Positions 39,201 to 50,120 of a stretch of DNA of 64,000 nt are shown here, in pieces; within the stretch, counting starts at the first letter, position 1, and every line of letters begins with the position of its first letter. This DNA is from Macrostomum lignano. Its lineage: Eukaryota. The stretch is from NCBI GenBank assembly GCA_002269645.1, contig NIVC01000438.1, forward strand, positions 287,379 to 351,378, given 5' to 3'. The position numbers and the translations under genes were made by a program. The notes under the pieces are model-generated. The model was not told where the DNA came from and searched no databases. It worked only from the letters and a program-made list of their open reading frames with translations.

Positions 39201-39972
39201 GATAGATGTCAGAAACTTCTGTCGGTGTCAATAGATGTCGGAAAATCCATCCGATGTTGATAGGCATCGGAAACGTCGGTCGATGTCGATAAACATCGGA
39301 AATTTCGGACAATGTCGATAGATGACAGAAACTTCAGCTGAAATCCCTGACATCGGATTGCTAAACGAGGCAGTCCCACAGGGTTTTTAATATCCTGTGA
39401 CTTTCTCATGCCCCTAAAATTCTAGTTAAGAAATGTCTAGCAATCAAAGAAAAAAATTGCTGAATAGCGTTTCAGACATTTTGTGAGCTTTGACAGTGAC
39501 AGAAACATACGCAAATTCTCCATTAAAATTTGCAGGCCAGCACTCAACGCATTCGGAAGCGACACTGCGCCACTTCATCGCCGAGTCGATGCTTGAAGTC
39601 AGCATCCGAGTCGACAACCCGCAAGCAGCTCGAGTCCTCATGACAGCCTCATATTCAGGCACGTCGTACTTGTCCGACATTGGCGGCTTGATGGGCCTGT
39701 ACCTGGGCTGCAGTGTACTGACGCTCTGCGAATTCGTTGAGATGTTCTACGCGAAGGCAACGACATTTGTCAAGACAAAGTGCCCGGGACGACCGAGCAG
39801 CGCTCAGGGTGATGAAGAAAACAATGATGATGAAAACGATGATGCTCGAAACAATGAAGCTGACGGCTTGGACAAGCCTGTTGGTGATGAGGCTGAGATG
39901 ACTCCGTTGAGAACAGCTGAAACCGAAGTTTGCTCTGCAACTGGACACAGCCCGATTGAGGCAGTGGTTTAA
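36229..39972 (+). CDS. DEG/ENaC (amiloride-sensitive sodium channel family) gene 1; exons 36229-38644 and 39536-39972; in-frame TAA at 38308-38310
   Basis: TM1 (KVYWILMVLVSVGMFIQG), post-TM1 FVFPDLYFCPKN, and TM2 LSDIGGLMGLYLGCSVLTLCEFVE with a GxS filter. The frame stays open after TAA up to the donor GCAG|GTAAGT; the acceptor is TTTGCAG|GC (phase 1). The gene may be a recent pseudogene. Confidence 0.85.
36700..37260 (+). repeat. Coding Gly/Gln repeat (GGSLAGQLGGSLLGQLGGGQGGGQ) in ENaC gene 1 N-terminus
   Basis: Six to seven in-frame units within ORF 36229-38310. Confidence 0.9.
39130..39330. repeat. Degenerate ~27-bp repeat (CGATAGATGTCAGAAACTTCAGT) in ENaC intron
   Basis: Four to five imperfect copies. 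Confidence 0.65.
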
Positions 39973-40629
39973 CGACAAGTTTTCCAGACAAGTTGTCCCA
40001 TTTCTTACGTGTTTCTTGATCCATGCACATGTATATAATAAAATGTGAATTTCAAACTGTTTATGATTTTTAATTGGGGCCCCCAGGCCCGAAGCAGCTC
40101 CTAATAATTAATAATTAATATGTGCGAGTCTAATTATTACTATCTCATATGCAAAGTTTGTGTATTAGATGAGCATGGCTGTACGAAGTCCGGTGCCACT
40201 CGATTCAGTCTGTACATGACTCAATGATTTGCTATCTCATCTACTCGAATAATATTGTTTCCCCAAGTTTGAAGTCTTCCGACTCAGAAGATTCGGCGCC
40301 AGTAGCTACGGTGGGAGATAAAAGTACAGACAAAAAGGGAGACAGCTTGACTTTTAAGAAGCAAGTTTGCCTTACATAGCCAGAAGTTTCGTGTCGCTTT
40401 TGGAACTCCTATAACTGAGTAATTCAATGTCAAACGAAGAATACCAGTCCGCAACTTCAGAGAGTCAGCAAGATGAAGAACAATCCAGCGATGAGGCGAA
40501 ACAACAAACAAAAAGCTCCAAACTCTGCAACATCAAAAAACATTCCCAAGACGCTAGCAAAACAGAAATCCGTCAGAAAGACAAACAACCAAGAGGTCAA
40601 AAAGGGCAAACAGGATCATTTTTAAACCA

Positions 40630-41200
40630 ACAACCAATTCAGTTTTGAAATCAACAACCAATTCAGTTCGGAGACCAACAACCAATGCAGTTTGGAGACC
40701 AAAAACCAATGCAGTTCGGAGACCAACAACCAATGCAGTTCGGAGACCAACAACCAATGCAGTTCGGAGACCAACAACCAATGCAGTTCGGAGACCAACA
40801 ACCAATTCAGTTCGGAGACCAACAACCAATGCAGTTCGGAGACCAGCAACCAATGCAGCTCGGAGACCAACAACCAATGCAGTTCGGAAATCAACAACCA
40901 ATTCAGTTCGAAATCAACAACCAATTCAGTTCGGAGACCAACAACCAATTCAGTTCGGAGACCAAAAACCAATTCAGTTCGAAAATCAACAACCAATTCA
41001 GTTCGGAGACCAAAAACCAATGCAGTTCGAAAATTAACAACATATTCAGTTCGGAGACCAAAAACCAATTCAGTTCGGAGACCAACAACCAATTCAGTTC
41101 GGAAACCAACAACCAATTCAGTTCGGAAATCAACAACCAATTCAGTTCGGAGACCAAAAACCAATTCAGTTCGAAAATCAACAACTAATTCAGTTCGGAA
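40630..41200 (+). repeat. 24-bp repeat encoding QQPMQFGD in ENaC paralog 2 N-terminus
   Basis: CAACAACCAATGCAGTTCGGAGAC units in frame with ORF 40427; later units are 23 bp and shift the frame. Confidence 0.9.
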
Positions 41201-42624
41201 GCAAGCAATCAAATAAGCTCGACAACCATCAAACAGCTTCGCTTGGATTGCCTCAAGAGGGAGAGGTCAAGTTGTCAGTCCATTTGTAAACCAGTTTGCT
41301 ACCCATTATCCTGTTCAATTTGGACAACCTGGAATTTCCCGGTTGTCTGGCGTCGGTCATGTCGAACAGTCTGGAGGCAGTCCATATACTGGACAATTGC
41401 TGAGTCCGATGATGGCAATGTACCCTTATCCCGTTGCTATAAGTCCCATGACAGGACAGCTTGGTAGTACACACTTGCTACCCCCTGGAACTCAATTTTC
41501 TAATCACAATCAAGAGGATGATGACGACTTTAAGCAACAAATCCGGTGAGGCGAAGACAAAAGCACGCTGAGTCACCGGTTAGACAACGTGAAAGCTAAT
41601 CCTTGAGGCAAAGCCGACAAGGAGCATCATCCGTTGGTGTTCCCTGTCGTCCTTCGTCTGAACAGCAGGAGTCAACCGTTGGATCGCTGGTGGGACAGCT
41701 AGGTGGATCACTGCTCGGTGAGGTGGCTGGCGGTGAACAAGGATCAGGTTCCGTAGTTGCAAGACTGGGCGGTTCACTGCTCCGTCACATGACACGTGGA
41801 GATCACGAGAATCAAGGAGGCTGTACATCAAATGAAGAAGTTGGCGAAGCAGTGCTTACTCAACTTGGAGGTGCACTTCAGACTAAACAAACTGATCGAG
41901 GTCAGAGACCGGGTTCATCTCTAATTGGCATGCTAGACAGTTTTGCAAATGGAGGTGACCACCACGAGGAAGACGCTAACGCCAGAGACCCTCCAGCTGG
42001 TGGAGAAGAGGCCCAGTCTCCAGAGCAGGAGCCACAAGAGGATTTTCGTGTGCAGAAGGTGCTAATAAAAATGACCGATAGCCTGCAGCGCTGTGCAAGG
42101 CATATGTAGAGCAGCTGCAGAGCAAAGCCTTCCAGTGAGGGTATTCTGGATTCTGATGGTGCTATTATCAATCGGCCTGTTCATCAGGGGTACAATGTCG
42201 CTTTCTGGACGAATAATCAATGTTCGAGTTGAAAGAACCTTTCTGCTAGGAAAGGTGCCGTTTGTCTTCCCAGATGTGTACTTTTGTCCGAAGAACACCT
42301 ACTCCGGTAGTTTTCCATACACAATCGCTAAGGAGCACGCAGATCTGGTGAATCGAGAGGTTCAAAGACTTAGTCGGCTGCTTGATCAGCAGCTTCCCAA
42401 CAGCGGATTCGATTCGTCCTTCGGAACGAAGGTTTGGCTGATCCAACAGTCGCTGCCGATGTATTTGCTGGAAAAGTGCATCATGCAAAGACCCGAGCAA
42501 TCCTTGTTTTACAACCCAATCATATCCTATTACAATGACGTGAAATACGAGGCTGTTTCTTCACTATTTTGCCATCCTTGCCAGAAATACGGCCACTGAT
42601 CGATTGGACGCTTCGATTAGACTC

Positions 42625-43910
42625 TAAAGCCCCTGGTGCTGGCGCCCCTGGTGCTGGCGCCCCTGGTGCTAAAGCCCCTGGTGCTGGCGCCCCTGGTGCT
42701 AAAGCCCCTGGTGCTGGCGCCCCTGGTGCTGGCGCCCCTGGTGCTGGCGCCCCTGGTGCTAAAGCCCCTGGTGCTGGCGCCCCTGGTGCTAAAGCCCCTG
42801 GTGCTGGCGCCCCTGGTGCTGGCGCCCCTGGTGCTAAAGCCCCTGGTGCTGGCGCCCCTGGTGCTAAAGCCCCTGGTGCTGGCGCCCCTGGTGCTGGCGC
42901 CCCTGGTGCTAAAGCCCCTGGTGCTGGCGCCCCTGGTGCTAAAGCCCCTGGTGCTAAAGCCCCTGGTGCTAAAGCCCCTGGTGCTGGCGCCCCTGGTGCT
43001 GGCGCCCCTGGTGCTAAAGCCCCTGGTGCTGGCGCCCCTGGTGCTGGCGCCCCTGGTGCTGGCGCCCCTGGTGCTGGCGCCCCTGGTGCTGGCGCCCCTA
43101 GTGCTGGCGCCCCTGGTGCTGGCGCCCCTGGTGCTGGCGCCCCTGGTGCTGGCGCCCCTGGTGCTGGCGCCCCTGGTGCTGGCGCCCCTGGTGCTGGCGC
43201 CCCTGGTGCTGGCGCCCCTGGTGCTGGCGCCCCTGGTGCTGGCGCCCCTGGTGCTGGCGCCCCTGGTGCTGGCGCCCCTGGTGCTGGCGCCCCTGGTGCT
43301 AAAGCCCCTGGTGCTAAAGCCCCTGGTGCTGGCGCCCCTGGTGCTGGCGCCCCTGGTGCTAAAGCCCCTGGTGCTAAAGCCCCTGGTGCTGGCGCCCCTG
43401 GTGCTAAAGCCCCTGGTGCTGGCGCCCCTGGTGCTGGCGCCCCTGGTGCTAAAGCCCCTGGTGCTGGCGCCCCTGGTGCTAAAGCCCCTGGTGCTAAAGC
43501 CCCTGGTGCTAAAGCCCCTGGTGCTGGCGCCCCTGGTGCTAAAGCCCCTGGTGCTAAAGCCCCTGGTGCTGGCGCCCCTGGTGCTGGCGCCCCTAGTGCT
43601 GGCGCCCCTGGTGCTGGCGCCCCTGCTGCTAAAGCCCCCGCTGCTAAAGCCCCTGCTGCTAAAGCCCCCGCTGCTAAAGCCCCCGCTGCTAAAGCCCCTG
43701 CTGCTAAAGCCCCCGCTGCTAAAGCCCCTGCTGCTAAAGCCCCTGCTGCTAAAGCCCCTGCTGCTAAAGCCCCCGCTGCTAAAGCCCCTGCTGCTAAAGC
43801 CCCCGCTGCTAAAGCCCCTGCTGCTAAAGCCCCCGCTGCTAAAGCCCCTGCTGCTAAAGCCCCTGCTGCTAAAGCCCCCGCTGCTAAAGCCCCCGCTGCT
43901 AAAGCCCCTG
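42625..43910. repeat. 15-bp minisatellite (GCCCCTGGTGCTGGC / GCCCCTGGTGCTAAA, grading to GCCCCYGCTGCTAAA)
   Basis: Visible array; source of the GAPGA/KAPAA pseudo-ORF. Confidence 0.97.
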
Positions 43911-44490
43911 TCTCTCTTGTTTGGCGCCCCTGTCTCTCTTGTTTGGCGCCCCTGTCTCTTGGTTGGCGCCCCTAGCCCTGTTTCTCTTGTTTGGCACTCC
44001 TGTCTCTTGGTAAGCGCCCTGTCTCTTGGTGAGCGCCCCTGTCTCTTGGTAAGCGCCCCTGTCTCTTGGTAAGCGCCCCTGTCTCTTGGTAAGCGCCCCT
44101 GTCTCTTGGTTGGCGCCCCTAGCCCTGTTTCTCTTGTTTGGCACTCCTGTCTCTTGGTAAGCGCCCCTGTCTCTTGGTGAGCGCCCCTGTCTCTTGGTAA
44201 GCGCCCCTGTCTCTTGGTGAGCGCCCCTGTCTCTTGGTAAGCGCCCCTGTCTCTTGGTGAGCGCCCCTGTCTCTTGGTAAGCGCCCCTGTCTCTTGGTAA
44301 GCGCCCCTGTCTCTTGGTGAGCGCCCCTGTCTCTTGGTAAGCGCCCCTGTCTCTTGGTAAGCGCCCCTGTCTCTTGGTAAGCGCCTCTGTCTCTTGGTGA
44401 GCGCCCCTGTCTCTTGGTAAGCGCCCCTGTCTCTTGGTAAGCGCCTCTGTCTCTTGGTGAGCGCCCCTGTCTCTTGGTGAGCGCCCCTGC
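43910..44490. repeat. 20-bp minisatellite (GTCTCTTGGTAAGCGCCCCT)
   Basis: Visible array abutting the 15-bp array and sharing the GCGCCCCT core. Confidence 0.95.
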
Positions 44491-46249
44491 CTTCTGTGCC
44501 GGTGGATGCCACTTCCGAGAGCTGGCTAAAGCCGAGTTTCTGTCGATTTTGTCGAGTTTGGTCACCTCTTTTATTCCGTTTTTGGGCGAGCAAAATTTTG
44601 CTCGAATTAGTTCTACCCGATAGAGTCAGGCAAGAGTTCGCTACAAACAAGCGCCAAGAGCTGATCCTGGCAATGTTCATCGATTCGCACTTCTTTGAGT
44701 TTGATTACACTGGCGATCAAATCCGTCCGATTGTTAATCCGGTGAACAGCGAGAGTGTGTCGTTTCGAGACTGGCTGCCGCTGACTGGCGTACGCGAGAA
44801 CATGTTTCGATCCGGCTGTCAGATGCTAATCATTCCCAGGGGCGCCTATCCGTTCATTGATTACGACACGAAGTTAAGCTTGGCACGGGGCAGGTCCTAC
44901 ACAATCTCTGTTGGCATGGAGGAGCTGGTGTACGGTGAAGAGTTGTACAGTAGTCACTGCTCACCGAATCACGCAAGTGCACTCTTTACTGACCATCTGA
45001 CTAGCAAGCTGGTTAAGTACAATCACAGCTACACCGCCTGTCTGTACATTGAGTGGGACAAGAGATGCTACAAAGAGACTGGCGCCCTTCGGCACTACTA
45101 TCGTAGGCCGTGGGCCCTGTGCCACGCGCCCAGATGGGACAATCTGACCGAAATGCTGGTCTTGAACCGCTCAGCTGAGCAAATGGCTCTGGATGAACAG
45201 TTGGTCACGGATCCGACCGAGTACTGCCATCGGAATCAACCGTGAGGATATTCGCGTTATTACACGCAGGGCTTTTCATTCTACAAGTGGCCGAAATTCC
45301 GGAGTTTCGCGAGTTTACGCCAGAGAAGCAGCCAGCATTGGCTAAGCTGGGCCGCTTTGCTAGAAAACTGGACGAAGAAGGTAAGAAGAATGATTGGCAT
45401 TCCTGACTAATAGTCACTAGGTGTACTGTTGATGAATAAATGCTCTATAGATGCTGTATATATCTAGCGTATCTTCTTAAGTGGTATTTATTAAAATATC
45501 TTCAGCAGCGTTGATTATCTTCAGCAGCGTCTGTGCCCTAAAAGGAGCCACCTCTCTTTTATTAGAGGCAGGGGGCTGTTTAAGGCGCACTTTAAGCGAC
45601 ATTGTCATACAACCGGCGAGAGGCATTACTGTCCATTCCGCCGACTCCCCTGAGCAGGCACACAAGCGCGCAGATACGTAAGCAATCAAGCAGTCATACG
45701 CACAGGCGCACACTCACAGGAGCGTACAGCGGCCCTAACTTTATTTACCATTAGGCAATGTACACTTCACTGTGCCTTGGGGGTTGGCCCTCAAATGGCA
45801 TTAATTGCGCGAGCAGAGCCAAGCCAAGATTACAATTAAGCCCAAAGTAGTATGACTGCCTTGGAATCGAGCCTGGGCCACTGGCATATCAGAGAACACA
45901 GGGCTACGCCCCCCTCTAATCCCAGTTATTTCTGACATCAGTTGCTTTAGTTAGTGGAATCAACGAGTTACGAAATGCTGTTTTACACACAAACATAGTA
46001 AAATTTGTGTACTGCACATGTACACACGTTTATAAACATGAAAAACATGAATTTACACAGTTCCTCTCTTTGCATCCCACACCGTTTGACTGGAAACGAG
46101 TGTGTAAGATCCAATCCTCCCCTATTTCCCCACTACCGGCTGAATGAGGCAGAGAATGGCCCGTACATGTAAATGATGCGACGGTGGGATCCTAGACCTA
46201 ATACCGTACATGCAACCCTTTATATTGTTGTTGAGCACACATACATAGA

Positions 46250-46975
46250 TTCTTTGGAGGGGGATTCTTTGGCTTTTTTGGATGGGGATTATTTGGATAG
46301 GGATGAATGGGGGGATTCTTGGATAGGGATGGATGGGGGATTCTTTGGACAGGGGATTCTTTGGATGAGGGATTCTTTGGATGGGGATTCTTTGGATGAG
46401 GGATTCTTTGGATGGGGATTCTTTGGATGGGGATTCTGTGGATGATGGATTTTTTGGATGGGGATTCTTTGGATGGGGATTCTTTGGATGGGGATTCTTT
46501 GGATAGGATAATCTGTGGATGAGAGATTCTTTGGAGGGGGATTCTTTGGCTTCTTTGGATGGGGATTATTTGGATAGGGATGAATGGGGGGATTCTTTGG
46601 ATAGGGATGGATGGGGGATTCTTTGGACAGGGGATTCTGTGGATGAGGGATTCTTTGGATAGGATAATCTGTGGTTGAGGTATTCTTTGGATGGGGATTC
46701 TTTGGATGGGGATTCTTTGGATGGGGATTCTTTGGATGGGGATTCTTTGGATGGGGATTCTTTGGATGGGGATTCTTTGGATGGGGATTCTTTGGATGGG
46801 GATTCTGTGGATGATGGATTTTTTGGATGTGGGATTCTTTGGATGGGGATTCTTTGGATGGGGATTATGTGGATGATGGATTTTTTGTGATGGGGATTCT
46901 GTGGATGAGGGATTCTTTGGATGGGGATTCATTGGATGAGGGATTCTTTGGATGAGGGATTCTCTATACGGGGGA
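46250..46975. repeat. 15-bp minisatellite (GGATGGGGATTCTTT)
   Basis: Visible degenerate array. Confidence 0.93.
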
Positions 46976-47249
46976 TTCAGTTGGGTGAAATTTTATTGCG
47001 TGGTAAAACTGTGGTTGGAGTTTCGACCGAAATTTAACTAGTACATACACTGTATGCGTATATTGGAACAAGACATATTATACATAATTTATAGACTAGT
47101 TTCTTAGCGTAATTTCCCTATATTTCTACTGTCAGTAGAGTATCGAATAGAATGCCAGTATATATATATAATTGTAATTTGTCTGTTTTTTATCTACGCT
47201 TACATATGTATTTCTTCCAACCAAGCACATAAATATACTGCTGCGAGGC

Positions 47250-47330
47250 ACTCATTTTGGCACCCCTGCAGGCACTCATTTTGGCGCCGCAGGCACTCAT
47301 TTTAGCGCTGCAGGCACTCATTTTGGCGTG
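47250..47330. repeat. Short repeat CAGGCACTCATTTTGGCG x4
   Basis: Four adjacent imperfect copies. Confidence 0.8.
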
Positions 47331-47969
47331 ACAGTCGCGCAGGTGGAGAATCAATTCGCTCTAGAAGAATGCGATTTCTTGAGAGCGTATCACGTGTAAA
47401 TGTTCTAGCTATGTGACGCATACACCGTACATACGTGTACATGTACATACTGTTGCAAGTACTGCGTTCCTTCAGCTCACCGACCTGTGCAGCTCACTTT
47501 CTAAGAATAAATATCGATCTATTCGAGTGATAACGTTTCGCTTCAGTTAAAATCAGTGATTGCTTGCCCATGTAAGAGAATGCATGTTGTGGTTTTATGT
47601 ATATTTTTCTGGCTTCTAAAACAATTGCGCAGGTCGTTAGGGGAATAAAAATCCTATTGTAACCACAACTTGGTATTCCAAAGCTCATAATATTACGTGA
47701 CATGTAGTGTTACGTGTAGGGATATGGGATAAATTAGTGATCAGCGCCTATGCTGAGTTTATGAAAGTTAGTTTTATTCAAGCCTTACCCCTTTAATTTG
47801 TAAGAGGATAATTGTATGGGAGTCAAAATATGGTCCATATTTACCTTAGACAGTATTCCTTTGTAAATTCATCTACGACTTTTAAAAACTCCTGTTAGAC
47901 AGCAAACTACTGCTATGCGCTGGTTATGGCCATAAAAATTTAACACAAGAGTCTTACATACTAACTATA

Positions 47970-49213
47970 CAAGTTGTTGAAACTTTTTGAAGTTGGATTT
48001 CCTAAATTCCTAACACATTCCTAAATCTGACGACATAACTCAAACAAAAACTTGTTACAGTAATAGTTAGGATAGCGGTAAATAAAAATTGGGTAAATTT
48101 ATGATGAAATCCTTGAAGAATTTGAGACAAGCTAGTAGCATTGATCTTGCTGGTTGGGATTGCCACAGGAATATAGTACAGCAGGTAACATCTGTCTAAA
48201 AGCATGCATTGGCAGACTCTCTGATCTCTGGCTTCTGCCTCCTCCGTCCTCTTGGGTCCTTTGAAACTTTCTCCTCTTTTCTCCCCCTCTGGCATCTGTC
48301 ATCTCTACTCTTATATCTCTCCTCTCCTCTTTCCCTTTTTCCGCTCCTCTCTTCTCATTTCCCCTCTTTTCTCTCTGCTTTCTCCTCTCATCCCTCTCCT
48401 CTCTTAACTGTTCTCTCTTTTCTCTCCCCTCCTTTTACTCCTCTTCTCTTCTATCATCTCTCGTCTCCCGTCTGCATGCTCTCTCTCCTCTCTCATTTCT
48501 ACTCACTTTCTTTCTCTTCCCTGTCGCCCCTCTTTCTCTCCCCTCCTCTCTCTCTCCTCTCTCTCCTCTCTCCCCATCTCATCTATTCTCGCTTCTCTCT
48601 CCCCTCTTCTCTCTCCTCGATCTCTTTCTTCTTTCCCTTTCCTGTCTCCCCTCCTTCTCTCTCTCGCCTTTCTTCTTACAGCCCTTCTTCTCCCCTCTTC
48701 TCCCTCTCCACTTGCTTCTCTCTCTCCCCTCTTTTGTTCATTCTCTCTCGCTTATCTCTTTCCTCTTCTCTCTCTCTCTTCCCTCCTCTTTCCTTCTATC
48801 CTAGCTCTCTCTCCTCACGATCCGGCCCTCTTCTCATTTATACATTCAGACGGAAAAAAGTCGATGAAGAATTGCGTCAAAGTTTGAAGTCAATCGCTTC
48901 CCGTTGAGCAAATTAACTTGTGTCAAAATAGTTTATGATAAGTAAATTGAATAGGATTTGTGAAAGTGGAGCAACGCTATTGTTGATTTAGCGAAAAAAG
49001 CGCTTTTGGCAGTTTTTTTTACTTTCTGCTGGTTGGAAGACTTGAGTTTAGGAAATTTTAAAGTATCTTAAGACATTCTCCCGGGTAAGTTTCGGGTGGT
49101 GAAAAATTTGGTAGTAATTTGGTTGAGTGGCTTGGGAGTCCAAAGTGAACAAAATTGTACATACACACACCCTTAACACACAGAAAGAGAATTTTCATTT
49201 CTATAAATGGAGA
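47970..49213 (-). mobile_element. Non-autonomous Helitron-like element, copy 1
   Basis: On the minus strand it starts A|TCTCCATTTATAGAAAATG and ends GTTTCAACAACTTG|T. It is homologous over several blocks to 53971-57524 (e.g. GGAAGACTTGAGT.TAGGAAATT, GATGAAGAATTG.GTCAA.GTTTGAAGTCAATCGCTT, TAACAAGTTTTTGTTTG). It has a ~600-bp central GA tract. Confidence 0.62.
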
Positions 49214-50120
49214 TTCATAAAATATTACTAGTGAAAGCTTGAATTTATTTTTAGTATTTTTTATTAAAAGGCTGTGCCTTTTTTTGTTTTTTTCTCACAT
49301 TATCTGTACAACGCATTTAGGCGCATTCAAATGAAAACTTGATTTAGTTTACGGCTTAAGATGAATAATACTTGAACATTATTATTCAGTTATTCAAATA
49401 ATTTATGGGTGGGTTTCTCGACTGATATTTAGACAGACAGTCCACGTATTAAGAATAAAGTCCTAAATTCATGGATTTAAACCAGTTGTCCTCGTAGGAC
49501 AGGGCCTCTGAATATATATTATAACGTCTTCTTAAGACGTGTGTGTATTGTAGTTTTGGATTTATTTTGTCCTATCTAGGCCTAGATATAAAATACACCA
49601 ATTTGCTCATCTTTTGTTTGTATGATAGTGTAGTTTATTAGGCCAAGGTATAGTCTGCTATATTTTTTATAAAATGACATCAACATCATCAACATGTGAT
49701 TCTGAGCAGACTGAATCAAGTATTGCACAAACATCAGACACAAAGTTTAGTTTTAAATTAGAGTCAAATTCAACAATAGTGTTAGTTGAAAAAAAGATAG
49801 AAAAAGTTCGCTTAGATATTCTTGCAAAGCAAATTTTAAAGCTGTTTGGTATAGAAGCAATTAATTTTCAAACAATAAAGACTAATTCTAATTTTCAAAA
49901 ATCTTTCATCTCAAACAAAAGGTAGGCCTATGTTTCATTGGCATTATTGAAAATGTTTTTAATTTTTTGTTTGAATTACTTAAATAGTTTTTTCATTTAA
50001 ATGAAATTATATCAAAATTATATTCAAAATTCAAAAATATTTTTCTGTTTTAGAATTGCCATTTAAAGATTCTATTCTATTCTTAGATTCTTATCTTATC
50101 ATATGTCTATAGTTTGTATA

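Larger units (their letters stand above)
40427..45390 (+). pseudogene. DEG/ENaC paralog 2, disrupted
   Basis: Segments are colinear with gene 1 (ACSAVQGICRAA, RVFWILMVLL, KVPFVFPDVYFCPKNTYSGSFP, HSYTACLY, FSFYKWP, EKQPALAKL..KLDEE|GTAAG). Lesions: TGA at 40646-40648, frameshifts in the repeat and near 42077 and 45320, a ~2-kb insertion at ~42558-44578, and TGA at 45243-45245. No TM2 exon was found. Confidence 0.85.

Noticed and set aside
42569-44680. 468-aa GAPGA/KAPAA 'collagen/silk/histone-like' protein and 687-aa antisense ORF
   Set aside because: A 15-bp satellite (multiple of 3) inserted into the ENaC pseudogene, with no Gly-X-Y periodicity or signal peptide.
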